64,000 nucleotides of DNA from the NCBI GenBank assembly GCA_001643675.2, contig LSRY02000021.1, positions 1-64,000 of the forward strand. The letters are read 5' to 3'. The stretch's first letter is position 1. Each line of letters begins with the position of its first letter. The notes under the pieces were generated by a model. The model was given only the letters and a program-made list of their open reading frames with translations. It made no database searches and was not told the DNA's origin. The stretch is from Monocercomonoides exilis PA203. Lineage: Eukaryota; Protista; Preaxostyla. The translations under genes and the position numbers were made by a program. Of this stretch, positions 22,705 to 37,300 are shown in pieces.

Positions 22705-25225
22705 TTATTCAAGAAAGCGATTTGACTTTTCTTCACTGGACGTGATATGAACATGCTGCTTAATGGTTTGAGAACGTGAAGAAGGAGGCATCTGCTTATG
22801 AACCTGAGATGAATGCCCGATGAAGGAGTTTGGGTGATTTTTTATGAGCGGAAATAGGATGAGCAAGAACAGAAGGACAGAGCAGACTGCAAAAGAAAGG
22901 ATAAAAAGCATCACATCAACAGTAGCATTTAACGATTGGCTCCTGAAAAACGATGTCTGCTGAGGGGCGATGACAGACGAAACAAAAAGCGAAAGCAGCG
23001 CGAGAAAGACAAGAAATACAATCATTTTCCTCTGCGGCCGCTTGTGCGACATCTGAGGGAGTCTGATTTCTGGGTCAAAGGAACCCTTTCCAAGCCAGAA
23101 GTCAACCTCGTCTTGTTGGCTCGGCTCAGCAAAATTGCTCCCGACATATCTTTTGACATCAATCCATTTGTCTGCCAGTCTGCTTATCACGCTGCTTTTG
23201 TGTGTCTCTGTGAACCACGACTTTTTGCTTTGCGTGCCAGCCACAATTTGGCTTATGGCATTTCCGTTGTCCTTCCACAAAGTGCGAATAGCAGCATCAA
23301 TAACTGGCAGCTCTGTGCTCGGAAGAGGAGGGAATCTGCGAAATGAACGAGAAGATGGGTGTGCTGGGTGAAGTTGGCGGGAAGACGGAGACGATGACGC
23401 AGGCGAAGGCGAAGGCGAAGGAGAAGAAGATGATAAAGAGGAAGAAGAAGATGTTTGAAGTGCAGAAGATGACGATGAATAAGAAGATATTGAAGATTGC
23501 ATTGAAGATGGGTGCGAAACAATCGGTGAGGGAGATGAAGAAGGAAAAGGGCCTTCTGAAAGGCTTCCTGTTGAAAATGGCAAGTGAATTGCTGCAGCGT
23601 CTGCTGTCGAAGGAAGAGAAGCTCCGAGTGGAAGAGAGCCAAGCGAAGGAGTCGAAGGAGCAGGAATCGAAGGAAGTCTTTTGTGAATGGCATTACGCGG
23701 CGAATGGCGAAGATCAAAAGGAGAAGGCGTTGGAGAGAGCGAAGGGCTTGGAGAAGGAGAGGGAGAAAGAGAGATGTTAGACATATTCCGAGTGATGAGC
23801 GATGAAGTGGCAGCAGAATTTGAACGGGAAGCCGCTTTCGCAGTTGAAAGCTGATCGACAAACAAAAGCATCTTCCGAATGATTTCCGTTCCGATAACAT
23901 GCTGCACAACATTTGTCCTGTCCAGGCAGTCAAAGCCAGACGTGCGGATAACGTGGCTCTGTCTTGACAGCACTTTTGTCCCTGTTTTTGAGCCGTCTTC
24001 AAATCTGGCGGCGAAAAAGAGCCCATCTGGCTCGCTCATCGCCTCTGAGACAACAAGACCCACTCTGTCCATATGGGTCCATCCACACACTTTATCAAAG
24101 TCAAACGAGCAGAAGCGCAGTTGGTGCTGACGGCCTTTCTCATTGCCAAGCAGCTGGCACTGCTGATAGAACGAGTCGGCGAGGGACTTTTCGTGCTTCG
24201 ACTGTCCACATAAGCTGACAACCTGAACATCGCCATATCGCTCAAACAATTTCTCTAAGGCTTTGCGTGCAACGTTGGAAGAAGCACTTTGGGTGCTTGG
24301 AAACAGAACAGAAGGATGCATTCGCATATTCGGCTGTTGGCTCCAGGCAATAAATGCTGAGCCTCGAAGCTGGACACACGAGCAAAGACGTTGTTGGTTT
24401 CCGCCTCCGACGACACAAATTGTCTCTGTTTCAAATGTGTTACCGCTCCATCCATTTTCATCAGCGCCTCGATTCTGAAGGCGGAATCCAGCTCTTTCAT
24501 TACACTGACGTGATATTAACATCAAAGATACAATATCACCATCACGTGGAACAGTTTCAATTCCAACAAACCCACGAATAAGACGCATGACTGATTTTTC
24601 TATTGGAGTTTTAATCAATGGCTGTATTAGATAATGATTCCATGTGAATTCAGGATCCCAAAAGGGAGTATCCGAATTATTGCTTGAGTGAAAATGAGCT
24701 AACTGACAAGATAGACTAAGTGTCCAAGATCTAACCAATGGAAGATTTAAATTAGTTCGAATTGGTTTTGAATGTAACGATGTGTAAAGGTGCTTGTCAT
24801 GAATCATTCGTCTGAAATAGGAAAAATAAATATTTGCTTCTTTTTTCGCTTTTTCATCTGTCAACTGATTCAACAAATCTCGCTTTCGTGGATACATATC
24901 ACACTGAGAAATACGAAATATTGTTGAATTGTTAAATTCTGCAACAAATTCTACTTTTTTCACAAGAAGAAGGCAAGATGTGGTTGCAAATTGAGCAAGT
25001 CCAATAATTCCCAGATAAATGCGCTTATCTTTTGCTTCAATTGGAACATTTTCTAAAAGAATAAAACAAGAAAAATATGAATTTTATTTGCTATTAAAGG
25101 CGATGAAACAAACGAATTACATTTAAAGAAGCGTCCTTTTGGTTTATTTGAATTATGTTATCTTGCATTTCTACAAATATGTGCCCATTTCCATCATGGG
25201 ACACAAGAATGCAATACTCTTGCAT
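22705..25225 (-). CDS. SAC1: Sac1-family phosphoinositide phosphatase-like protein with two C-terminal TM helices (~819 aa, 2 exons); catalytic Cys absent
   Basis: SacI motifs FTWN, LIRGFV, LISR...RAGFRLQNRGADENG..GNTFETE, VQLRGS..IAWSQ, DCLDRTNVVQ, LWKDNGNAISQIVAGT, plus two hydrophobic C-terminal segments. Exon 1 (25225-25114) is joined by a 61-nt GTTTGT..TAG intron (25113-25053). Confidence 0.9.
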
Positions 25226-25376
25226 GAAAATGGTCTATTAGTCGCGCAATTCAAAAAAGAAAAGATATCAAAATAAATTCTTTTTTAAAGGGTTAAAAGT
25301 TTTATTTTTTTTTCACAAAAACATAAAAAATAATATATATAACATCCTATACAACACAAAGATAATTATAAAATAA

Positions 25377-28300
25377 CTAATGGCCAGGGCCTAAAATGCT
25401 CATAAATAAGGGATTTACTGAGGAATTTCCAGAATAATATGGAGATGATTGTTTATATGGCTGAGTATGCGTTGATCCCTGTTGCATTGAAGGAACAGAA
25501 TAAATTGCCTGAGCAGGTGAAGAAGGATAAGTAAATTGTGGAGGGTGAGGAGGAAGGTTGCGATACGGACGATGATCAGGATAAGTTATATTAGAGGGCA
25601 ATGGATGGATCATAGGGTATGTGCTTGGAGAAGAAGGCGAAAAAGATAAATTTGGCACGCTCAACGATCTTTGCTCGTGAATTTCAGGCTGTGCAGCAAC
25701 TGCAGAAGGCTGTTGAACTGGTGGATTGCTGGTCGAAGGAGGGAAAAGCGAAGAAAGAGAAGCAATAAGCTGGATGGCAGGCTCAACAGAAAGCTGTTTG
25801 GAAATAACTGCTTCCAAAATGATGCGCAGAGAAGAGTAAAGTGGATGTGACGAAGAAAGAAGAGGCTGAGTGCTCTGACTGGAAGAAGCAACAGGAGCAG
25901 CAGCATCAGCTGGGCGCGAGGAGAGGATGGAAGAGAGGGAGGAAATGAACAGCTTGGCGAGATCGGAAGAAGATGTTTGGTGTGTCTGGCTAGCAGATGC
26001 ACTTGGAAGAGATGGCGTGGAAACAGAAGGTTGCACAAAGTGTTCTTGTGCCTCTTTTTGTTGGAATGTTTCTGATGTTTGAAGAACCGATGAAGCAGTT
26101 TTTGTGTGGGCTGTGTTCTGTAGAGGAGCAGAGGAAGATGGCAAGGCAAGTGATTGATGAGGAGGATAAGCAGTGTGCGAGGGAGACTCCAAACGCGATG
26201 GGGCTCTTTTGTCGAGTGCAGGAGCAGCTGAAACAGGAACAGCGGGAAGAGAAGAAGCAGATTTTGTTGCAGAAGAGGAGGACGATATAGATGAAAGAGA
26301 AGGCATAGGTGGTAGCGCAGGCAATGAAGGCAACGAAGGCACTGAAGGAATGGACGATGCTGATGGAGCTATCTTTGAAGAGGAAGGCGATGAAATTGCG
26401 GTTGCTGTCGATGCTGCTTTTGTTGATGCTGCCATCACAGCCATTTTCTGATTCGGATGTGCTCCTCCGTTTCTTTGATCAGCATGTGCCGATGAAAGAG
26501 AACTGGTTTGTTTTGCTTTTTGCTGCACTTCGTTTGTTTTGATGACAATTGAAGTGCTTTCTTTTGGGGTGCAAACATATGGCGTTGCATATGGATTTAG
26601 AGCTTGCTTTGAAGACGAACTCGTTTTTTCTGTTTTGATCTGTTTTTTCTGTGCTGAAGATGCATTTCCTGTTGCAGAAGTGTTCTGTTGTTCGTGTTGC
26701 TTCGATTGTGAAGAAGGCATCTGCTGTTGAACAGAAATGTGAATCTCTTTTTGCTTAACTTTGCTTTCAACAGCATTTGATTTCTGTTCTTTGTGCTGTT
26801 GCACTGCGCCTCCCAGAGAAGATTGCAAGCTTTCGAGCGATGATGATTTCTGAACTGCTTCAGCCATCTCAAAACTTCCATTTCCTTCTTCCTTTGGCAG
26901 TGCCTGTGCGTTCGATTCATTTGCAGCTGATGCGGTTTGGCCAGCAGAAAGTGACGAGTCGCGCTGCGACGGAACAAATCTGAATCGTGAGGACGAACGA
27001 GTGCGTCTCTGAGCAGTCGGACTGGGCTTGATCTCAGTAGAAAGTGCATTATGACTTTCTTTTTGGGGGGTTGTCTGTTCAATTTCCTCGCTCTTCTCCT
27101 TTTTCATTCGCTCTTTCTTCTCTTTCTCTTTCTTCTTCTTCTTCTCTTTCTTTCCTTTCTCTTTCTCTTTCTCATTTTTGGTTTGCTCGCTGTCTTTCAA
27201 CTGCGAATTCATCAATAAATTGTTTTCTTCATCTTCTTTTGTCGAATATTTCAATGCTGCTTCAGATGTCGTTGCTCCATCAACATGTGATAAATCACCA
27301 GATAATGTCTTTTGTGTGCGTTTTTGTGCTAATTCTTCGTTTGACAAGAATGAAAAGCTTCCTCCAAGACCTTCGTCATCGAGATCGTCCGCTTCAGGAG
27401 ATCTGCCGCGATGTTGGTGTGCATGACGAGTGAGATGCTCTTGCTGATTGGCAATTGAAAATGTTGGAGAAAGTGGAGAAGATGTCGATGAAGATGAATT
27501 GACTGAGGCAACATCCATTTGTAGTGAACGAGAAGAAGGAGGAGATGGTAGCTTGAGAGACACATTGTAATCGATGTCGCTCATAGGAATGTCTCGTATG
27601 AACTCCGGAAACAGTGCTAGTGATGTAAGCATCGTTGTGCTGCTGTTATCATTCAGACTCAAACTGAATGAAGAGTTTTGAATGTCAATATTGAGATCAT
27701 TACGTTGTGTGGCTGATGGATCATTAAATAAAGAAGAAGCAGGTGAAGAAGAAGTTGGGGTGCCAAGTAATGACTGCTTCGGCTGTAAGTACAAGTTGTC
27801 CATGAAATTCATCTGTTGGCCTTGTTTGGATGAAAGAAGAGGCGAATCACTTCCGCTGGGATAGAGCATGTCAGCAAAATTCTTCTCATCAGAGTTCTGA
27901 TAGAAATAATCTGTTCCGTCTGCTGTAGGGAATTGCTTGTCGCTCATATGAGGAAACCTTTCAAAGAATGCTTTGGAGTCTGGATGATGCATAAGTTGTG
28001 TTGGAGAATGCAACAGAGAGGAATACGAACACTCGTTATTACATTTTGTAGCCTCTGTGCCAAAGTCTTCTTCACATTTTTTCAGCGAGACTAGCTCAGC
28101 ATCCAAAAGAGAGGATTGTGAATACTTTTGAGATTCCATCGAGTTGAACATTTGCAATTGATCGGGATACTCACATGAGTTCATACGAGGAGTCATTGGC
28201 ATCAACTCTGTTGGAAGCAATGAAGAAAGTAATGGAGAAGTGAATAACGTCACATTTGAGGAGGAAGAAGAAGATGTCGATGTCAATGAAGAAGATAAAG

Positions 28301-31300
28301 AAGATGAGGAAGATGATGATGTTGTTGTTGAAGTTGCAGTTGTAGCAGTGATTGCCGTTGAAGCAGAAGCATCTGAAATAGGGAGACTTTCGATTCGTTC
28401 CTCATTTTTGCCCATCCACGGTAGATTTATCAGCCGTGGAGATGCGTCAGAGACAGAAAGTGCGGTTGTTGGGCTGCAAATGCGCGAAAGAGGAGTGTGC
28501 TGTTTGCCAGAGCGATGCTCATGTTCCATAGAAGTAGGTGACAAAACAGGAGACGGAGTGTCAGGTGGAGGACTAAGTGTCATTCTTTCGTCTTTGTCTT
28601 TCCCAGCTCTCTCCCAGCGAGATGATGCATAGCTCCTCAGATCCTCTGCTGTGTGCGAAGGAGGCAACGAGAAGGACCCAGATGACATCTCGCTGATGTA
28701 AGTGAATCCTCTGCTTCCTCTGCTGCGCGGTGTGAGTGGCTCATCCTGAGCAATGCTGTGATCATAAGGAGTCTGAGATGCCATAGCACGCAGCCTGGTA
28801 GCCATCGTCAGGTTGCTTACACTTGTCGAGCATTCGCTCATCACAAATCCGTCTCGTTCTCTTTCTTCCCTTTTCGATAGAAATGACTCTGTTTCCCTTT
28901 CGTCTCTCTCAATAAAGTTCGCAATTGTGTCTCTTTCTGGTCCATCATCAATCTCGTTGTTGTCTGAACTGCGTGTGGATGAGTTCTCAACGGGCGTTTT
29001 AGCAAAGTCTGGTGGAGTGCGATCATCAAGCTCGTCAGTTGCAAGTGGACTTCTTCTCTTTGCATCGAGTGGTTGCATGCTCGAAAGCTGCATACTGAGT
29101 CTTTCATCCCACAGATCATCTCCATCCCAAGCTTGATCTTCTAGTTGCTGTGCTGGATCTATTCCATCCACATCCACATCGCTCAGATCTGGATGATCAT
29201 CACCTTCCCTCCAGCCTCGCACTGTCTTCTCTTCAACTTGAAGCTCTTTTCTATTGTCTTCTGAATGCTCTTCAGTTGGAGTGGCTGACTTCGAATGAGT
29301 GTTTGTGCTTTCTTTGCTGCTTTCAGTGTCATTATGTTTTCTCTCTTCTTCTTCTGCTTTCTCATTGAGAACTTCTCCTATGATAGTAACTCTGTTGCAG
29401 GTGCTCTTTGTTTTTGCTTCACGTTCGCATTTTGTTGCACCATTTCCTGTTTGTTGAAACGTCACAAACCATGGAATTACATTGTTTGCTTTCCTTAGAT
29501 CTTCTTCAGAAACATTGGTAGAAGATGATATTGGCAATTCTGGTGCAATAAAAGCATCATTTTCATTGCTCACTCTTTGCAGCTGGCTTCCTTTTTCCAA
29601 CATATCATCCATGCTATCTTCGCCAATTGCGGTCAGTCCAGGCGGCATTCCTGTAAATGATGCTTCTTCAATGCTGCTGCACTCTTCATCATTTGCTGTC
29701 AATCCCATGCTTTGCTTTTCTTTTGCATCAACTGAATTAACCTTTTTAATTTCGTCTTTGGAACAGTTGTGTGTTACTTGGAAATTCTGCACGTTTTCCA
29801 TTTCCATTTTTTCGCTTTCCCATTCTGAATTCAGAAGACCGTTTGCCATTTCAGAAAAAATGGAAAATTGATCAGAAAAGGAAGAATTATCTTTGCTGAA
29901 TAGAGTTCCTTCCAAATATTTCTGTGAAATCACCTCAGACAATTGCGTTGTGGATTGCTGATTTGCAGGAGCAGTTGTGTTTGTGCTGGTAGCGATGTGT
30001 TGCTTCTTTTCTTCTGGTTGAAGTGGGTCGAATTGAATGTGCTGACTGAATTCTTCAGATTGCGTGGGAGAAAGCACAGACACATTCATTGAATTGCTGT
30101 CAGCATTCTCTGGCAAAAGAGAGAGATTGTTAAAAGCATTGCTAGCAACAGCAGATGAAGAGCGATGATGCATATCTGTCAATGTTAACAGATGAGATTG
30201 CGGACGGCACAGATTGTCTCGAAAAGTCTTTACAATTTGTCGAATTGGTGGTAAGATAATTGGAAGGGGAAGAATTGGATCCTTTATTTGATCAGCATGC
30301 TCCTTTTCCATTCCAATTTCTTTGGTGTCATCTAGTATCTGATCTTTGTAATTGCTGCTATCATTGTTTGGCTTATCGCAAATGGTGCTCCGAAGATTTG
30401 GCAGCATCATTTGCATTTCAGTTGAAGAAGGTGAAGTTGGAACTCCAAATCCATTGGTATAGCTTTCTGCACTTTCAGATACATAATTTGAAGCAGATGT
30501 TGGCGATGAAGGAAGCAGAGGAGATGATGCATCCGCAAATGAATGCACACCTGTTGATAAATTCTGCGAAAGATGGGTTGAGTTTAAGCTGTAGTCCTCA
30601 AGCGAATTCAGTTTTGCAATAGAATGAGAAAAACTGTAGTTACCATCATCTGATTGAGATGTTGTTTGCGGATGCAGCAAAGAGAAAGGTTCTGCAGTAC
30701 CAATTGAAAGCAAAGAAGTATGTTTTTGATCGCATTCGATGTTTTCATATTGAACATGCGTTGAGTTTTTCAATTCGTTCGTTAAATCAACACAATATTC
30801 TGTCTTCTCGGTTTTTTCAGTCTTCTTTGTAATTTCTTCCCGTTTTCGAATTGGTAAATTCTGCACATTTTGAGAGGGCTCATCTGCGTCTTCAGAAGAT
30901 TGAAGCATTTGAGAATGTTTACTCGTGTTTGAAGAGGACTTCTGTTGTCTGTTCATTTTTATTCTCCGAATCAACTCTTTCAAATCACTGTCAAATTCGC
31001 TATCTTTCTTCATCTTTTCATTTTGCGCTAATTGTTTGAGCATCTTTGAAAGTGTTTGGCTGTTACGTTCTTCTTTCTCTTTCTCTTTCTCCTCCAATTC
31101 AGATCTGATCTCAGCAAGCAGCATTGTCTCATTCACTTCTGTTTCACTCAATGTCTTTCTTCCTTGTTCAGTCAAATTTGTGTTTTTCTGCTTTTTCTTC
31201 GAATTGTCTTTGATATTCGCTTGTCGGTTTTTGATGGCTGCAAGCAATTTGGCAATTTCTTTCCTTTCTTCTTGTTCATTCTCCATCTGATTGTCTGTTT

Positions 31301-34300
31301 CGATTGTTGTTTCTACTTCTTTTTCTTTCTTTTCTGCATTCTTGCTTTCGTTTCTTTTTTGCTTCTCTTCTCTTCTCTTCTCTTCCTGGTTTTTCTTTGT
31401 CTTCTTTTCATCATCCAATTTTGCATTAAATTTCTGAACAGAATCTGCTTTTGTAGATTCCACATGCTCATTTCGAAATTCAACATATAAGCTTTCACTA
31501 TTGCAAGCTTCTTTCTTTTTTTCTGTTCCTTTCTCCTTTTTTTGTTGATTCATTTTTATCGGTTCTTCTTTTTCCTCCTCCTCCTCCTCCTCTTCTTCTT
31601 CTTCTTCTTTTAGTTTTATTTCTCTTGTCTCTTTAGATAGCTCAGAATCTTCATTTGCTTTTAATTCTTCCGCTTCCCTTTTCTTTTTTGCTAACAAAAT
31701 CTGTTCTGGATCTACTGCAAACATCAAATTGTTTTCCTCCTTCTCTCTCAACATTCGCTCTTTAGTTTCTTTCTCAAGCTGTATCCTCATCAGCCTTGCC
31801 AACTCTTCCTCTTTTCTCATCTGCTCTTCCATCAATCTTCTCATCTCAGCCTCCTTCCTTATCTGTTCCTGCCTCGCCTTCTCTTCCTCCTCCTTCTTTC
31901 TCTCCTCTGCCATCTTCTGCCGGATGATCCGCAGCATAAGCTCCTGCGCATCCTGTGCTGCTTCAAACAGCTCAGAATAGCTCACATCTTCCGTTCCTTC
32001 TGAGTTTCCCTTCGAAGACAAAGTGCCCCAATTCCGCTTGATTTTGCGCAGCAGCTGCATCGGAGAGTTGGATGGGAAGTCATTCCAGTTGATCTGATCG
32101 CCTTTGTCATTTGATGTTGCTGCTTTTTTGGACTTTGTTTCTGAAGCTTCATCAGCAGCATTTCCAACTAAAGATGGTATCGATGCAGTTGTGTTGTCAT
32201 TTGATGCTACTTGCGAATTCTGATTTTTTTGTCTTTTCTTTTTTGATTCTTGTTCCTTTGAATTCGTGTTGCTGAAAGAGCCATCTTTTTCAAATAGTCC
32301 ATCTTTCGCTTCCCCTTTTTTAGATTTCCAGAAATTGGCATTTTTCATCAGCCTATCGAATTCATCAATCGAATACAAACCGCTTCTAACTGCTCTTCCG
32401 AAAGCACACAGCAAAAACAGCAGAGTCAGCTGAACACCCGACCTCTGCCAGGTTTCCATCAAAAGTGGCGACTCCACATACAGAGTAGTTATCGGTGTTC
32501 CCATCGAGTTTGAAGATGAGTCTGGCTTCATCTGACTTGCAGGAATAAGTGGACAGGACCGCGCAAAAGACGGGCGTTCCGATGGAACGCCTGGCAAAGC
32601 ATATGAAACAGCCGGTGGAGGCGAAGAAGTCGAAGGAGAGTCGCTTGAAATAGTCTCAACGATTGTGTTTGCCTGCTTTCGTGCCAAAGGAACATCAGTA
32701 AAATGGGACGAGCAGCTGCCGAGTTCGTCGTTGGCTGTGACTGGATAGAACAGCGATGTCGAAAGAGGAGATTCCACCGCATTCAGAACGGAATACGGAT
32801 TGCGCGATGAGACACGCCCACGCTGCTCCGCGTCTGCAGTTGGTGAAACGACGCCTTGCGAGCTTTTGGATTGTGTTTGGTTTTCAATTTTCCTGCATTT
32901 CATTTCATTTTCTTCTTCAGACAGAAAGATGGCCAAAAATGAAAGTAGTGCAATATGTAAGTTGCGATTTGCAGCGTGACGCAAATGAGACTCCTTTCCA
33001 AACAAGAAAATGACAGCAACGATTGCAGCTGCTGGTAGTTCCATAGCCAAATCATGAGTGTCCAAGTATGTTGCAAGGGTGCCAATGAATGACTTATTAA
33101 AAGGCGAATACGACAAAACGATGTCACTCAAATTGGTGGGTGTGCTTGTTGATGAATCCGACTTCAAAAAAGATGAACTTTCAGTCTTTGTATTTGAGGC
33201 TGTGTTATCTGAAGCATTTGTGAATAGCAGGGAAGGTGTAATATACCCAAAGCGCAGTCCATATAGCGATATGTTGAAAAGAATCCGAAGAGAAAGAGCA
33301 GTCGTGAGTTGCTGCTCCGTTTTGCATTTGAACATTTCAGCAGCCAAATGAGCAATCTTCAATAGGCAGAGCATCGGAGACGGTGGCATCGGATTTGATG
33401 AATACTTTCTCCCGGACTTTGCATGCATCGCGCCACAAGCCACTTCCAAATCTTCGTTGAGAGAAGGCAGTACATGAAACGCGCCTGGCATAGTCAGACC
33501 ATCTGTTGCGATGTTAAAGATCTTCAGTGCTGTGTTACACAAAGAAGGATGAGCCGTCGAACGAGCAAGAGAAAGAATCGAATCAAACAAGAACGGTTCA
33601 GAAGAAGAAATTCGAAATTGAACAGAAGAAGAAGAAGAAGAAGAAGAAGAAGAAGAAGAAGAAGAAGAAGAAGAAGAAGAAGAAGAAGAAGAAGAAGAAG
33701 AAGAAGAAGAAGAAGAAGAAGAAGAAGAAGAAGAATTACTCTGCAGTGGAATTTGTTGATAATACATCATCTCTCCAAAGAATACACGGAGACGAGAACA
33801 AGGAGGCAGAAACAGCAGAGTCAATCCAATCACATTTGCAGCAGCTAATCTCGCGAATGCCGTGACTGGCTCGTACTTTTCGAAAGGATTTGGATGAAGA
33901 AGAACTTGCAATGAATGAGCTTGCTCTGAATTCTGACTGGAAGATGATTGCAACTTTGATGTATTGCGCTGTTTAGTTTCCTTTGTTGGCTGGGAATCTG
34001 ATGCTTCAGTCAAAGATGGATTTGTCCAGAACAAAGGAATGCGAATCGGACAAATGTGAGGAAAACTCAAGGAATTCAATGAGGATTTTTGTGCATTCTC
34101 AGCATCCTCATTCACTTTTGTAGCATATTGGGGATTACCTCTTGTATATAAATACTTCTGAAGAATAAGAGCATCTGGATATGGCTGTGCGTCTTTTTGT
34201 TTTGCAGGCTGATGCGCAGCTGAAGAAGCGGGTGAGTCTGTCTCGGCTGTTGTATGATAAAGATTAAGCAGCAGCGATAGGTCCATCAACATGCGAATCA

Positions 34301-37300
34301 GAGGAGAGGAGTCCTTGACGGAAAGATAAGGAATGATAGTCAACAGTATCTGCAGAAGAACAGCCAAAAATACATGGAGCGAATGTGGAGAGGCAAAAAT
34401 TGCGTTTTCATCGATATCATCAGGGATGCCTCGAATGAGAGCATGTGATGTTTTCTCGTTGTATGTTTGCTGTGCATGTTTCTGTGCTTCTCTTTGTGAA
34501 TGTTTCTGATTACTCAAATAACTTCCATTCAATGGAATGAGGGAAGAGTGTTCTTTTCCTGCCTCTTCTCTATCCACAAATACATTGAATGAAACTTCTT
34601 TATGTCCTTCCACATCAATACAGAGACGATATGGTTCAAGGTCATTCCGCCTGCTTTCAAGATATTCGAAGTATTCAGCCACTTTGCTTACAACTTCCAT
34701 GATGCGTCCAACAGCCCCGCAGTCAAGTGCCAGCCGAGCATTCGTCGGAACAGCTGAGACAAGAAGATAGAATAGTGACGCAGAAGGAAACATCAGATAA
34801 GACACCCGACTGCCAATCATGTCGAGAAGAGTCGTAAACAGTCGCTTCATCTGAACAGCATCTCTGCCATTCAAATCGAAGCTGCCCCGAACAAATGGCA
34901 CTGCCGGACATAAAAAGGAAGTTTGGACATAAACAGAGGGAAGGGGAACAGAATACATCAAAACTGGAGGAGCAGACACTTTGCAAGGAATGTAGTAATG
35001 AAACGATGCACGCAAAGCAGGAAGAATGTGGTCAGAGGAAGAAAGGAAGGAAGAATAAGGCGAAATAATCTGATCGACAACATTGGACACTCTTGAATTA
35101 ATAGGCACCCCAAAAAGGATGATAAGCGAAGGAGACGATATGCAGATTGGATGTGGAGTAGCTGTTAGGATGTATGAAGATTCAACAATTGGATAGAAGG
35201 CACGGCTCGACCGGACAGAAGAAGATACATTCAGTGAGGAAGAAAATGGTTTGAGCAATGAAGCATCGAGACTGAGAGGAAGCGAATGGCAGCCACTTAC
35301 GTATGCACTGAAAGAGAGACATAAGTAACAGCAGATAGAAGAAAGGGGATTTGATGGATTATCTTCAAAAGCCGAATTGCTCATCGACAAATTGCGAGGC
35401 GCTGTAGAAAACAAATCAGCTGGAATATTTGGAAATGTATAAAGAGAAGGCTGCTGCTTTGAAGAGGCATAGCTTTGATACACCGAAGAATTAATGGGCT
35501 GACCTATGGCAACCAAAGATGAAGCCAGAACAGAAAAGGAATATATTGCAGATAGCGAGCAGATAAGATGTGAAAAAGACGAAGAAGACAGAAGCCGAAT
35601 GCCTCCAAAAACTGAAATTGGAGACTGAACGGGACGAGGAGACTGAGAGAGTAGATCAGACGAAGAAGGCAAAAGAGGTGAAGGTGCAGAAAGAGGATAT
35701 ATCTTGCTTGAAAGAGGAGAAGACAAAATTGTTGAAAGAGAAAGAGCAATTTGCGCCAATTCGCGGTCAATTGGATCTTTTGCTTCGATGAATCTGCATC
35801 CAACTGATGAACAGAGGCTGCTCGATTGCAATATTTCCCACTTTGAAATGTGGGCATATTGAATTACCTGCAACATGCTGCAGAGAAGTGATGAATGATA
35901 AATAATTGAAAAAAACAGAATTGGCGATTGTGTCGAAAGAAAGGTAACTGCTTGGATTGATCTGTATTGTCGCTCCATCGCTTTCTCTAACGATGAATGA
36001 GTAAATGTAACTCCATAAGGAGTGAGCATGTTGTTCAATATAGAAAACTTTGTCGGCATTGTTTCCATTGTATTTTGTTGCGCAACTATTGATTCGTTTG
36101 TTTTTACTGCTGTGCTCACATGTTTTGCAGATGTAGCTTTTGAAGGTTTGCTCTGTTGTGTTTGTGAATTTTTTGTTGAAAGATTTTGTGAAAGAATAAA
36201 AATATCTGTTTTGGTCGGAAGATAATTATCTGGAAATAAGTTCTGCTGTTCCTTCAATGAAGCACTTGTTTTTGATTTGACAGAGTTTCGTATTTCGTTT
36301 TGTATCGCTCTTTCGTTGTAGAAAAGAGAAGTCATTAATTCGTAATCTGCTTGATGAGTGCATTGTTCATCCTCTTCGTTGAAAAGTGGATCAGAAAGAA
36401 ACTGAAACGATACAATCGAAGAGAGCGTGTTGCATAAATTGCCCAGAAAAAGCATGTTGAGTTGGCTGGAAGCAGCACTTTTGGAGTTCAGCAAAATATT
36501 CTGAATTGAAAAGGCTTGTGACATTATTGTATCTTTGAGAATATCTGAATCAGTAAAATATGCTTTTGGATAATTTCGCAGGTCAGAGTGCATTTCACTA
36601 ACTGTGTCATTTAATGGATCGGTTGAAGAAGCATCTGAACTCGTTGTACCAACTTTGCTCGTTTGTCGTTGCTGAAGAATGTTTGTATATTTGGTAAAAA
36701 GGTTATATGGATCGTTTATGTTTGAAAGAGAATCGTCTGTGTTGTCATATGTAAAAATGTTGTTGTTGAGCAGTGAGGCTGTTGTTGGAAGCGCTTTCAA
36801 AAGGCCAATAAGAGGACTAAGCGAGCGTGTTCCGATGATTGACATTGAATGTGGAGGCATCGCTGGAGCTATGCATCCGTGTTCGTCACACACAGACACG
36901 TGGAGAGGAGATGTGAATAAAGGGTCAATCAATGAAAAGGAGGTGAGATTTCTGTTAAGAATGTTCAGATATGATTGGCCAGATGTGGATAAAGACATAC
37001 CAGATTCTGTAACAAAAGTGGAGGCAATCGAAGAATTGAGGGTGCACGGTGGGTAACAAGAAAATGAATTATCTTCCTTTAATTGTGCAGAAGAAGAAGA
37101 GGAAGAAGATGCTGAAGCAGATGATGTTTGAGGTTGTAATGAAAGAGAAGCATCTGGTATTCCATATGAAACTGTTTGTTTTGTTGCGCTTGGAGGAATG
37201 AACAGCAGCTGAGTGAGAATGGCTGTTGCCAGATTCTGCAAAGAGTCAGATGGTGTTGAAAGAGCACATGAAACAGCAGTCAAATTATTCTTTAGTACAG

